64,000 bases of DNA from Macrostomum hystrix (taxonomy: Eukaryota; Animalia; Platyhelminthes), in contig CATNEN010000003.1 in assembly GCA_950097015.1 (NCBI GenBank), positions 10,912,001 to 10,976,000 of the forward strand. Reading direction: 5' to 3'. The notes under the pieces were generated by a model. That model was not told where the DNA came from, ran no database searches, and saw only the letters and a list, made by a program, of their open reading frames with translations. Below are positions 40,148-53,000 of this stretch, piece after piece (within the stretch, counting starts at the first letter, position 1; each line of letters starts with the position of its first letter). The position numbers and the translations under genes were made by a program.

Positions 40148-40869
40148 TCTGATTTAGTATAAATTTCGGAATTAGCATATCATCAATTTGTTGCGATACG
40201 AGGACAAAAAAATCTGTGCATTACCACAGCCGAGGGTTTTAATGACAGTCTTCCAAAATTTGCCCGCAATGTTACCCCATTCTTCTCTGCTTTGTTAAAG
40301 AAGCTAAACAAACACTTAAATCTAAGAAACAAAGGCTAGAAACAATCCTGTACAGACCAATGGGAATTGATCTGGCTAAAATCCACTCGAGGCTGTAAAT
40401 CACACTTAGATCCCAATTTCATAATTCTTTGCAAATCCTTAATTGGCATTTACTAATATTCTACTAGAGGCCAAACAAGGGTGTTGTTGTGGAACCAATT
40501 TTTTTAGCCTTCACGCTTAAGCTGGTGATGTAATCATAAATTGGCTGCTTGCGTAGCGCCCGAGGGCGAGGACGGGACTAAGGGAACGGACGGTCCCTAG
40601 AATCACTCCCCACCCCTAGGTAACTGAGAAGAGGATCCACAGCTGTTGCTCTCCGAGAGTGGGGTGGGTAAGTGTTGAATATCAGTTTCAATGCCACCAA
40701 ACTGTCTTTGGGGTGTCATGGTGAGTATTTGGCATGCCTACCGACTTTTAACAGAACTTTTTTACTTTTGGCAAAATTCTTTTTATATCTTTAAATAAGA
40801 GTTTTATCAAAAAATTGTACTAGGATTCTCAATTCGACATCCTTAACTTCGCTCCATTTTCTCCACTGT

Positions 40870-41248
40870 CCCTCTTTCTCTCTTTCTCTTCCTCTCTCTC
40901 CTCTCTCCTCTCTCCTCTCTCCTCTCCCCTCTTTCCTCTCCCCTCTCCCCTCTCTCATTCTCTCTCCTCTCTCCTTTTCTCCCCTCTCTCCTTCTCTCCC
41001 CTCTCTCTTCTCCCCTCCCTCCTTCTCTCTCGTCTCTCCTTCTCTCCCCTCTTTCCTTCTCTCCCCTCTCTCCTTCTCTTTCCTCTTTCCTCTCCCCGCT
41101 CTCCTTCTCTCTCCTACTCTCCCTCTCTCCCTCTCTCTCCTTTCTCATTCTCTCCCCTCTCTCCTCTCCCCTCTATCCTCTCCCCTCTCTCCATCTCTCC
41201 CCACTCTCCTTCTATCCCCACCCTCCACAATCTCCCCTCTCTCCCCCT
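40870..41248. repeat. CT-rich low-complexity tract
   Basis: Polypyrimidine tract. Confidence 0.9.
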
Positions 41249-41949
41249 ATATTAAATCTTTCCCATCTTTAATTTGTCCGATATATCCGTTATTTCTCGT
41301 ATTAATTATTCTCTTTTCTAGAAATCCCTTTTTCTCCTTCCCACCAGGATCAGCCAGCTCGCCATAGTGATACTCCTAGAGGTTTTGTTTATTTATAAAT
41401 TTCAAATCCAATGCCAGATTTGCATCTTGCTTATCAACTGGCGAGCTGTGTCTATTATTATTAGTATCCCAACAACTAATTGCTAATTGCGTCACGACAA
41501 TCTTACCCACCCACAACAAAGAGTCCCTTCCCCTTCAGAATTGTTTGCAAATTCCTTTTAGCATCCTCTTATCGGGGCAGGTTTTTGAAACAGAAACAAT
41601 TTCACGATGGCCCCTTGGCAACCGCGGGGAATTTTCCCCACAACGATCCCCCCCGCCGGACCTGCTGCGTTGCGCCATTCTTGTGAGGATTCTTGAATTG
41701 GGATCCAAACTGTAGAGAGAAAAATGGGTCGCCTTGTTTTGCAGTCGATTTATCTGTCCTTTCGAAATTAAATTAATCGATCAGATTGCAGCAACAGGCG
41801 TACAGAGAAGGTATTTTCTAGGATTTTGTCCAAGAATTCCAAAGAATATTTAACACAACTTTATTCCATATAATATAATCAATGTGTGCCGTGGCTGTTC
41901 TGGTTGATCAGATAGGATGAACTTGCATATATCCCCGAAAACTCTTATT

Positions 41950-42365
41950 CTCTCCTACTCCATCTCCTTCTCTCCCTCTCCTTCCCTCCCTTACCTTCAC
42001 TCCTCTCTCATTCTCTTCCTCTCATTCTCTCCCTCTCATTCTCTCCCTCTCCTTCTCTCCCTCTCATTCTCTCCCCCTCCCCTTCTCTCCTCCTCCTTCT
42101 CTCCTCCTCCTTCTCTCCCTTTCCTTCTCTCCCCCTCTCCTTCTCTCCCTCTCCTTCTCTCCTCTCTCCTTCTCCCCTCCTCCTTCTCTCCCCTCTCCTT
42201 CTCTCCCCTCTCCTTCTCTCCCCTCTCCTTCTCCCCTCTCCTTCTCCCCTCTCCTTCTCCCCCTCTCCTTCTTCCCCTTTCCTTCTCTCCCTCTCGTTCT
42301 CTCTCTCCATCTCTCTCCCTCTCCTTCTCCCTCTCCTTCTCTCCCTTTCCTTATCTCTTCTCTTC
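41950..42365. repeat. CT-rich low-complexity tract
   Basis: Polypyrimidine tract. Confidence 0.9.
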
Positions 42366-43047
42366 ATTGCCTGTATCCATTTTAGCGTCCTGGGTTCAAC
42401 CACTTTGTCAATAGTCAATGACTCAACTCAGTAATTTTCTATGGATTAGCCACCCACCAGCGAACAAACCGTCGCTGACACTCGCCAAAGCTTTGACACA
42501 GTGGCGGAATCATAAATCAAAAGAGGGGAGAAATATTGTCAGACAGACAGACAGACAGACACACCGGCATACACCAAGCACGCACATACTAGGGATTAAC
42601 AGAACGGATTAAGCACACTATATTCACGGATAAGCAAACGGATTTAAAGCTTTGCGGCATTGCATCATACTTACTGACACAATTGTGAAATCCTAGAGAG
42701 ATAGGCAGTCAGTCTGGGGTCGAAGCATTCCTGGCGAAGTCTACAAGATGCTCTCGCCAGATACGAAACATTTTTTTGTTTTTTTTCGGTTTGAAGAGGA
42801 CCCGCTTAGTTTGCATCGATTTGTCAGTGCGTGAGTGTGCGCCTTCCAGCTCCATTTCTGTGATCAAGCTTCTAGATAAAGGTCGGGTATATCGTTGTAC
42901 GGTCAATAAACACGTCAAATTTGGCTTAGAAAAACTTGCTTCTAGAAGATACGTACGAAGTATTGCGAGAAGCCACACATAGCTCGTTGAAAATATTATT
43001 GAGTATGAAATATTTCGAATAGTAGGACTGTAGGAATAGAGTATGTT

Positions 43048-43305
43048 GCTGCGTACAGCTGTTCAGTCCATGGACTGGACTAGGGGGGGGTGCCTAACCC
43101 TGCTGGAAATTTACGGCACATAATTTGGTCACACTGGGCACACAGGTGTGTACATCTGCACTGGTTTTATCATATTCAAACATCAGTAGTTTGGCTCTCA
43201 ATGCCCCCAAGCTATCCAAATTAATGTGGTCTCGCCGCGGAATCGAACTCAGGGACCTTGGTGCGAGAAGCGAACGCGTTAGACCACTCAGCCACTCCGC
43301 TACAA
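43048..43305 (-). mobile_element. SINE family A copy retaining the 3' tail
   Basis: Head GTGGCTGAGTGGTCTAACGCG...GAGTTCGATTCC, diverged body, and tail CAGTCCATGGACTGAACAGCTGTACGCAGC. Confidence 0.75.
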
Positions 43306-43670
43306 GCTCCATTGACTAATTTCAGTTAGGGCAACACGCTCTCATTGCTCAACCAGTTTAACAGTTTTCGTGACGTCTCAATTAACTCAATCGATGAGCG
43401 ACCATGATTGCGTCACATGGCTTTTCAGGGCCAGAGGGGCGGAAATATGAAGCAGACTATAGAGAGATTGAGGCGCAGGTAGACACGAAACCTAGCACCT
43501 GTCCACTCGCAGTCGCCTCTGAGACAGATTTCTAGACTCACCCCCTGTGGATTTCCACAGGCAATTTTTAAGGGGCTTTTCGAAAAAATTCATGGCAGCA
43601 ATGACTGTTGAAATCTTTGTTGAACAGCTGAGACAGAAATATTTTCAGTGTAAGAAATTTAAGAATTCTT

Positions 43671-43940
43671 GCGCGCTTGCCTCTCGCGCCAAGGTCCCTG
43701 AGTTCGATTCCGCGGCGAGGCCACATTCGTTTGTAACGCAGCCGCGTAGAGAAGGCTTGGTGGCTTGTCGTACAATTTACAGTCTTAAGAACCAACCTCC
43801 AAGGCACAGTGTGAGAGTGTACACTGCCTGACAATGAGAAAGTCAGGGCAGATGTACACACCTGTGTGAGTGTGTGCTCAGGAGTCAGCGAAATGAGCAG
43901 AATTGCATCTTCCCTGGCTGCGGGTCCTGTGTCACCAAAT
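43671..43940 (+). mobile_element. SINE family A copy (5'-truncated)
   Basis: Closely similar to 44985-45262, including GAGTTCGATTCCGCGGCGAGGCCAC. Confidence 0.8.
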
Positions 43941-44351
43941 GATTAATAAAAAGAGGAAACAACAATGAGAAGTACAAAGATCAATAAAAGAAGCAGATAA
44001 AAGTACTTTAACCTTCTTCGAGCGTAGATTCCATATTATTATTACTTTAAGTTAAACGCTTGGTTCAGAATCTCAAAAGGCATTTTAATCATAGAAATTT
44101 TGGGTTGTTAATTAAAATTTTGACGACTTGAATCATTGTCTTCATTTGGTATTCTTATGAGCGTAAGAGAGCGTCCCCTTCTTATGAGAACTAAGAAGTA
44201 ATTAAGAACTAGAACTAATTAAGAATTTATTTTTTTAAGATCCTAAATTGTGAATTGAATCACAAATTACAATCCTAAACTTTCTAATCGTTTTGAATAA
44301 AAAAGTATTAACGATCGCAAAATATTTGCGGAGGCTGCAGGCAATGACTCA

Positions 44352-44545
44352 TGATTTGGTGACACTAGACCCGAAGCCAACGATGAGGCAATTCTGCCCA
44401 TTTCGCTGACTCCTGAGCACACACTTTCTGAGCACATACAACCTTGGAGGTTGGCCCTCAAGGGCGACCTCAAGGGCCGTCCCAGAATCGAGCTCAGGGA
44501 CCTTGGTGCGAGAGGCAAACGCGTTTGACCGTTCCGCCACTCTCC
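44352..44545 (-). mobile_element. SINE family A copy (internally deleted)
   Basis: Reverse complement matches the head and the GGAGTCAGCGAAATGGGCAGAATTGCC segment. Confidence 0.75.
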
Positions 44546-44955
44546 CAGAAGTATTTAGTTGCCCCAGTTCTTTAAACAAAATCCTAAATAGAAAATTCCA
44601 ACTCCTGTTATCTTGAACTAGAGTGAATTTAAAGAATCTTCGATGATATAATCTTAAACATTTCCACCCTCTTAACTAAGGTGTGCCACTTGCCTGACTT
44701 CCAGCATAGCAACTGCACCAACAGCAGCAGCGTCAACAACCGCGCAAAAAGAACTGGGTTTGAATGCTCGCTGAATGAATGATTTGACAGGTGCCACTTG
44801 GCAGTCAGTTGTGACGCAACACATCCAGTTGTGGCGACTCCAAGAAACGGATGCCCCATATATGATCAATCTACTGAGAAATTTTGAAAGCGGAAATAAA
44901 TAGGCATGTGCCTTTAGCTTATAATGAAGCATAACATTTCACACTGTGAATTGTT

Positions 44956-45262
44956 GGGTTAGTGGCTGAGCAGTCTAACGCGTGTTGTCTCTCGCACCAA
45001 GGTCCCTGAGCTCGATTCCGCGGCGAGGCCACATCTGTTTGGGACGCAGCCGCGGAGAGAAGGCTTGGTGGCTCGTCGTGCAATTTTCGCCCTTCAAGGC
45101 CAACCTCCAAGGCACAGTGAGAGTGTACACTGCCTGACGATGAGAAAGTCAGGGCAGATGTACACACCTGTGTGAGCGTGTGCCTGCGTACAGTATCTGT
45201 GTGCGTGTGTGCTCAGGAGTCAGCGAAATGGGCAGAATTGCCTCCTCGCTGGCTGCGGGTCT
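44956..45262 (+). mobile_element. tRNA-headed SINE, family A (most complete head and body)
   Basis: A-box-like GTGGCTGAGCAG and B-box-like GAGCTCGATTCC. Body matches five other copies in the window. Confidence 0.8.
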
Positions 45263-45342
45263 ACAATTCAGCACGAAAATTTATAGTGCTTTTTTCTATC
45301 GACAACACCTGCCCCGATTGCACCAGATGTGCAGTTTCTTGC

Positions 45343-45420
45343 TAATTGTTTCAGTGGAGTCGGGAATCGAACCCCCGACCTTCAAGTCGAGAGTCCGACG
45401 CTCTAACCACTACGCTACAA
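45343..45420 (-). mobile_element. SINE family B tRNA-like head
   Basis: TAGCGTAGTGGTTAGAGCG (A box) and GGTTCGATTCCC (B box); matches 40095-40147. No well-paired anticodon stem or acceptor stem. Confidence 0.65.
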
Positions 45421-45588
45421 ACCCCCGTGCTGATAACTAAGTTATAGTCCACATTATAGCTACACAATGTAGTATAGAGAAATAAAAAACACAATGACCC
45501 AGTAGAGTAACAAAAAACGGTGTTTCAATTTTTTTGCACCACAATAAAGGATCATAGTTGCACAACTTGAAATATGAAATAAACATAT

Positions 45589-45594
45589 TTTATT
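45589..45594 (-). terminator. Candidate polyadenylation signal of the Mcr-like gene
   Basis: AATAAA on the minus strand followed by U/GU-rich sequence. Alternatives lie at 45686-45691 and 46309-46314. Confidence 0.35.
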
Positions 45595-46609
45595 GATTAA
45601 TCAAGGAAAGAGACGAAATGTAGTTTTAAAGAATAGTTACAACTAGTAGTACATTTAGTGACTAATTTTAGATATTTACAATAAATTTATTCGATTCTGA
45701 AGTAAATAAAATCTAAAAAAAGCAAACTATTATTACACGACTTAAACAAATGATAATATATTAGCGTAAATTAGATAAACATTGCGATAAAAACTACGGA
45801 ACGATTAATAATTGGTAGCAAGAAAGTCATGACCGACCGATTTAGAAAATCAAAGAAAAAAACAAAAAAAAATTTAATAAATAGACAAGCCATGGAATGC
45901 AGATAAAAACAGGATGTTTGACCGCGAAAAACACAACTAAAAGATTGTGCATTTTAGTATTGCACTTCACATAGTCTACTGACAAGTAGAACAAACAGGT
46001 TTTTGTTGTATTAAATAAAAAAGCCAGACTATTTTCACCTAAAAACTTCAAAATGAACTCTTTGCAACAATAAGTAAAATAATTGTCATGTATTGCGTTT
46101 AAATGGTGTTTTTTTAATGTAAAGAATGTCTAAGAAACCTTTTAAGGTAGCTTTCTAAGAAACAATTCTAGGAAGAATGTTTGACAATATTTAAGCCAAC
46201 TCTTCCCAAAAAATGTTTGCATGAGTATATTCCACGATTTTTTCATTTTCTTTGACCATGTTTAAGCATTTATATAACTTCTACGAGCTAACTTTCCATT
46301 TCTTTGCTTTTATTCACAAAATTATTTTTTTCTAAGAATAATATATACGAGGTTTTAGTAGATATACACCTTTCTAAGAAACAAATTTTTTCTTAGAAAC
46401 GTTTTCTAAGAACTATATTTTAAGTAGCTGATTCTAAGAAACATTTTAAGTGACAATTTAAAAATAACATGTGCCCTGATTTATACTCCGAAGAAGTGAT
46501 TTTCCTTCTAAAAAAACTGGGTTAGACAAACACTGACTGTTCATATTTTTCTATGATTGATAATTGCACAATAATAACTATTGTTTAACAATCGCATTAA
46601 AGAGACGCT

Positions 46610-47065
46610 TCAATAGATACCAATTTTAGAATCAATCGATTTGACACCAACATTAATCAGCGTCAGCGCCAGCATCAGCAGCAGCATCGGCATGTAACAG
46701 GTTCTGTTAGCCAAGACTGACACGGCCGAGTTGAAATCCGGACAGTAGGGACACTGGAAGCTGCCGCAGACACTGCAGATGTGATTAGAGAACAGTGTCA
46801 TGCTGTCATATTTGGAGCTATTGTAAACGCTCGGCTCATAGTATTCGTAAACTTTGCACTTGTGATGAATAGTCTGGTTGGCTATGGGGTACCAGCGGTC
46901 CGCCCGGAACTGTACGCAAGTGTCCGAATCTGGAAGAATCCTGTCGAAGAAGAAGCTGACCTCCGCTGTTCTATAATTGTAGATTGCCCTGCGCAGCCCC
47001 GGCACTGAGTTGGAGTTGCGCAGCTCTCTCAGGTAATCATTCATCACTATGTAGCCTGTGGGCAC
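46610..47065 (-). CDS. Mcr: Mcr-like terminal exon (receptor-binding domain, Cys-rich motif, hydrophobic tail, TGA)
   Basis: Acceptor cctccag|GTG CCC gives VPTGY; contains KVYEYYEP, CSVCGSFQCPYC and MPMLLLMLALTLINVGV. Confidence 0.92.
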   Translation of the reverse strand: MPTGYIVMNDYLRELRNSNSVPGLRRAIYNYRTAEVSFFFDRILPDSDTCVQFRADRWYPIANQTIHHKCKVYEYYEPSVYNSSKYDSMTLFSNHICSVCGSFQCPYCPDFNSAVSVLANRTCYMPMLLLMLALTLINVGVKSIDSKIGIY

Positions 47066-50000
47066 CTGGAGGACGGAAGGGGAAATGGGATTTACAGGTG
47101 ATTAGTAGAGTTTAACTTTAACTTTTTCATTTGATATCATAATTTGATGCATAAAAATCAGACACTAGAGATCCCAGATCCCAAAATCAGACACTAGAGA
47201 TCCCAGATCCCAAAATCAGACACTAGAGATCCCAGATCCCAAAATCAGACACTAGAGATCCCAGATCCCAAAATCAGACACTAGAGATCCCAGATCCCAA
47301 AATCAGACACTAGAGATCCCAGATCCCAAAATCAGACACTAGAGATCCCAGATCCCAAAATCAGACACTAGAGATCCCAGATCCCAAAATCAGACACTAG
47401 AGATCCCAGATCCCAAAATCAGACACTAGAGATCCCAGATCCTCAAAATCAGCCACTAGAGATCCCAGATCCCAAAATCAGACACTAGAGATCCCAGATC
47501 CCAAAATCAGACACTTGAGATCCCAGATCCTCAAAATCAGATACGAGAGATTCCTGATCCCCAAGATCAGACACTAGATATCCCAGATCCCAAAATCAGA
47601 CACTTGAGATCCCAGATCCCCAAAATCAGACACTTGAGATCCCAGATCCCCAAAATCAGATACTATAGATCCCAGATCACCAAATCAGACACTAGAGATC
47701 CCAGATCCCAAAATCAGACACTAGAGATCCCAGATCCTCAAAATCAGCCACTAGAGATCCCAGATCCCCAAAATTAGACACTAGAGATCCCAGATCCCAA
47801 AAATTAGACACTAGAGATCCGAGATCCTCAAAATCAGACACAAGAGATCCCAGATCCCCAAAATCAGACACTAGAGATCCCAGATCCCAAAATCAGACAC
47901 TAGAGATCCCAGATCCCAAAATCAGACACTAGAGATCCCAGATCCCAAAATCAGACACTAGAGATCCCAGATCCCAAAATCAGACACTTGAGATCCCAGA
48001 TCCTCAAAATCAGATACGAGAGATTCCTGATCCCCAAGATCAGACACTAGATATCCCAGATCCCAAAATCAGACACTTGAGATCCCAGATCCCCAAAATC
48101 AGACACTTGAGAGCCCAGATCCCCAAAATCAGATACTATAGATCCCAGATCACCAAATCAGACACTATAGATCCCAGATCCCCAAAATCAGACACTAGAG
48201 ATCCCAGATCCTCAAAATCAGCCACTAGAGATCCCAGATCCCCAAAATTAGACACTAGAGATCCGAGATCCTCAAAATCAGACACAAGAGATCCCAGATC
48301 CCCAAAATCAGCCACTAGAGATCCCAGATCCTCAAAATCAGACACTAGAGATCCCAGATCCCCAAAATCAGCCACTAGAGATCCCAGATCCCCAAAATCA
48401 GACACGAGAGATCCCAGATCCTCAAAATCAGACACTAGAGATCCCAGATCCTCAAAATCAGACACTAGAGATTCCAGATCCTCAAAATCAGCCACTAGAG
48501 ATCCCAGATCCCCAAAATCAGACACTAGAGATCCCAGATCCTCAAAATCAGCCACTAGAGATCCCAGATCCTCAAAATCAGACACTAGAGATCCCAGATC
48601 ACCAAATCAGACACTAGAGATCCCAGATCCCCAAAATCAGACACTAGAGATCCCAGATCCCCAAAATCAGCCACTAGAGATCCCAGATCCCCAAAATTAG
48701 ACACTAGAGATCCCAGATCCCCAAAATCAGACACGAGAGATCCCAGATCCTCAAAATCAGACACTAGAGATCCCAGATCACCAAAATCAGCCACTAGAGA
48801 TCCCAGATCCCCAAAATCAGACACGAGAGATCCCAGATCCTCAAAATCAGACACTAGAGATCCCAGATCACCAAATCAGACACTAGAGATCCCAGATCCT
48901 CAAAATCAGACACTAGAGATCCCAGATCCTCAAAATCAGACACTAGAGATCCCAGATCCTCAAAATCAGACACTAGAGATCCCAGATCCTCAAAATCAGC
49001 CACTAGAGATCCCAGATCCCCAAAATCAGACACTAGAGATCCCAGATCCTCAAAATCAGCCACTAGAGATCCCAGATCCTCAAAATCAGACACTAGAGAT
49101 CCCAGATCACCAAATCAGACACTAGAGATCCCAGATCCCCAAAATCAGACACTAGAGATCCCAGATCCTCAAAATCAGCCACTAGAGATCCCAGATCCCC
49201 AAAATCAGACACTAGAGATCCCAGATCCCCAAAATCAGCCACTAGAGATCCCAGATCCCCAAAATTAGACACTAGAGATCCCAGATCCTCAAAATCAGAC
49301 ACGAGAGATCCGAGATCCTCAAAATCAGACACTAGAGATCCCAGATCCCCAAAATCAGACACTAGAGATCCCAGATCCCCAAAATCAGACACGAGAGATC
49401 CGAGATCCTCAAAATCAGACACAATTGTACTAATATCCTAAAAAGGGATTAGAGAATACGAGCTAGGCGGCAAACTTACCTTAATGTCGAGCACAGCCAT
49501 GCCGCTAGTCGGTGCCTTAGAGATCAGTCGCCACTTGGTACAGGCCCCGATGTACATTATAGAACTATTCCTACCGGAATACTCAGCTTGACAGTGTAAA
49601 TCAAAGGTGCGCAGATTAGGAAAAGATGAACAATCGGGATTAGTAGCGAAACAGGTGGGATCCTTGGGAGTTCGAAGCTGGTGCTGGCGCTCCACGTTGA
49701 CAGAGACGTCAAGCTGCAGCAGGGCAGCACCGCTGCCTTCGGCATTCATAATGATTTCACCCCAAACTCCCGCGGTTGGTATTGAGATGTAACTAGCCGT
49801 GCTAAAATTGTGCTGCCTAATTCTGACGGTCTCGTTAAAATCGGCCAAGGACGAAGGATCCATGTTGACGTCCATGACGTAGATTTCTCGATTCAAATCG
49901 CGACTTGCGACGTCACGAAGAATCTGAATATGAAATAAAACCAAATTAGATTTTGGAAGGAAAAATAAATTTAGGCGTCAATTCTCAATAGTTGCCTACT

Positions 50001-53000
50001 ATAAGTAGAATATTTCAAGTAGGTTTCGTAATTTAAAATGCTGATTTAGCAATTAACACACAATTTAGTCCCTCGAGCGCTTAAATTGCCCGACAAGACC
50101 CCCAAGCCTGTCAATCAACTGTCTACTTAAGCATTTTATCACCTTGAGTGCAAACAGGGTGTCCAGAGTGCTGCTAAATCCTCGATTCCAATTGCGCATA
50201 GAATTGAGCCATTTGGCAGTTGATGTGTAATTTGCAGTGACAGCTTGACCGCCAACCAATCGAATGACGGTCATGGCCAGAGCCGAGGTCATTGTGCCGT
50301 AGGCGTCGTTAGGAAATTCTTTTCTTGGATGAATTAAAAATGTGGAACCTTTCGTGGCCTCGATAAGCAAGTCTGGAATGGGCTGGTCTGCCCAGTACTG
50401 ATGGGACTGGAACCGGGCTCGCTTCTGCAACAGATTGAAGGCTTTGTTCCTGGAAAGGGAATCAGGGGACACTTTGAAAGTGATAGGAATATGACAGGGT
50501 GCGAGAGGCGAAGTCGTTTGACAGCTCTGCCACACATCCCTTGATATTAAATTCCATTTAATAAAGCGGGTATTTTTTATCTTAATGTAAGAACATTTCA
50601 TTAAGTAATTTGCATTTGCAATCGAGGAAAATTCAGGTGGGTAATTAGCCTTCTTGACCCTAGAAAACAGGTGGGTAATTAGCCTCATTTACCCTAAAAA
50701 ATCTGGCGGGTAATTAGTATCTTTACCCTAGATAATCAGGCAGGTAATTAGTATCTTTACCCTAGATAATCGGGCGGGCAATTCGTATCTTTACCTAGAT
50801 AATCGGGCGGGTAATTAGTATCTTTCACTCTAGATAATCGGGCGGGTAATTAGTATCTTTCACTCTAGATAATCGGGCGGGTAATTAGTATCTTTACCCT
50901 AGATAATCGGGCGGGTAATTAGTATCTTTACCCTAGATAATCGGGCTGGTAATTAGTATCTTTACACTAGATAATCCGGCGGGTAATTAGTATCTTTCAC
51001 TCTAGATAATCAGGCGGGTAATTAGTATCTTTCACTCTAGATAATCAGGCGGGTAATTTGTATCTTTAGACTAGATAATCGGGCGGGTAATTAGTATCTT
51101 TACACTAGATAATCCGGCGGGTAATTAGTATCTTTACCCTAGATAATCGGGCGGGTAATTAGTATCTTTACACTAGATAATCCGGCGGGTAATTAGTATC
51201 TTTACCCTAGATAATCGGGCGGGCAATTAGTTTACTTCACAAAAATGAGGCAGGTACCAAGCATCCACCAGCCGCAGACAAAGCCCACCTGTATTGATCG
51301 TTAGTAAAGCTGAGCGCGTAGGAGGCCATAGCCAATGAGAACACGTCGTCAATGCTGTCTAGCTGTTTTTTAAGAAACGAACAGGCTGACTCGGCTATGG
51401 ATGAGGCAGCGGTGCCGCTCTCCTTGGGTATGTTGCTGTGCCGCATGGCAATGACCACCAGAGCTGTGACTGGGACACGGCGAAGTGCTTCTCGAGCAGT
51501 TTCATTTGTAACTGATGCCGGTGGTTCGGGAAAAAATTTCCTGTCCCACCTGGCGCTGGTCTCGGCGAATGAGCCAACAAGAAGAGGATCAGCCGTGCTG
51601 TTCTCCTGCCTGTGGGGATAAATTAGGAAATTTGATTTTAATTCTTTAATTGAAGAGTCTTTCCAGTTAGCTTGAGGAAAGTAAATTAGGAATTTATAAG
51701 TTAGATAAGCTTTTGAAGGATCAGAGTGAGTTTGATAAGGTTTTGAAGGACCAGAGTGAGCTAGATAAGCTTTTGAAGGACCAGAGTGAGTTTGATAAGG
51801 TTTTGAAGGACCAGAGTGAGTCTGATAGGGTTTTGAAGGACCAGAGTGAGTCTGATAGGGTTTTGAAGGACCAGAGTGAGTTTGATAAGCTTTTGAAGGA
51901 CCAGAGTGAGTCTGATAGGGTTTTGAAGGACCAGAGTGAGTCTGATAGGGTTTTGAAGGACCAGAGTGAGTTTGATAAGCTTTTGAAGGACCAGAGTGAG
52001 TCTGATAGGGTTTTGAAGGACCAGAGTGAGTCTGATAGGGTTTTGAAGGACCAGAGTGAGTTTGATAAGCTTTTGAAGGACCAGAGTGAGTTTGATAAGG
52101 TTTTGAAGGACCAGAGTGAGTCTGATAGGGTTTTGAAGGACCAGAGTGAGTCTGATAGGGTTTTGAAGGACCAGAGTGAGTCTGATAGGGTTTTGAAGGA
52201 CAAGAGTGAGTCTGATAGGGTTTTGAAGGACCAGAGTGAGTTTGATAAGGTTTTGAAGGACCAGAGTGAGTTTGATAAGCTTTTGAAGGACCAGAGTGAG
52301 TTTGATAAGCTTTTGAAGGACCAGAGTGAGTTAGATAAGGTTTTGAAGGACCAGAGTGAGTAAGGCATGGTTTTGAAGGACCAGAGTGAGTGGGGCAGAG
52401 TGTTGAAGGACCATAGTGAGTGGGGCAGAGTGTTGAAGGACCAGAGTGAGTGGGGCAGTGTTGAAGGACCAGAGTGAGTGGGGCAGAGTGTTGAAGGACC
52501 ATAGTGAGTGGGGCAGAGTGTTGAAGGACCAGAGTGAGTGGGGCAGAGTGTTGAAGGACCATAGTGAGTGGGGCAGTGTTGAAGGACCAGAGTAAATGGG
52601 GCAGTGTTGAAGGACCATAGAGTAGTTCACCTGCTCTCCAAGAAGGCGATAAGCCTGTGAGCAAGCTGAGACTCAATGTAGATGAATTTGTCCCATTCGT
52701 TGAAGGCAGCCTCCATCAGTACAAACAGACCGTAGGCGGACAACCAGACTGAGGGTTTATCGTTTTCGCGAAAATTTTGAAAGGCACCCTCTGTAACGTT
52801 GAAATAGCTCATAGCCCTCTGCAGAACCACATTGCAATAGTCTAGGCCTTTGAAAAGTACTTTATCCGTCAGCTGTTTGGTATCTAATTGATACCGGAGC
52901 AGTTGGACATTATAGCCCAGTTCGAAAAGTACATTCTCGGCGGCCCCTGCTGGCAAATTTAAAGAACTCTCGCAGGTGCCAAATTCGTGAGCCTCGCTAA

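Noticed and set aside
45133-45250. Hammerhead ribozyme in SINE A (CTGACGA...GAAA)
   Set aside because: Stems I and II cannot be formed in the required topology.
45343-45420. Functional tRNA gene
   Set aside because: A and B boxes are present, but the acceptor and anticodon stems do not pair and the sequence matches the SINE at 40095-40147.
51237-52676. In-frame read-through of the 30-bp intronic array into the next Mcr exon (retained-intron repeat domain)
   Set aside because: The upstream exon frame stops right at the donor (AGG TGA), and the 1021-nt intron is not a multiple of 3.
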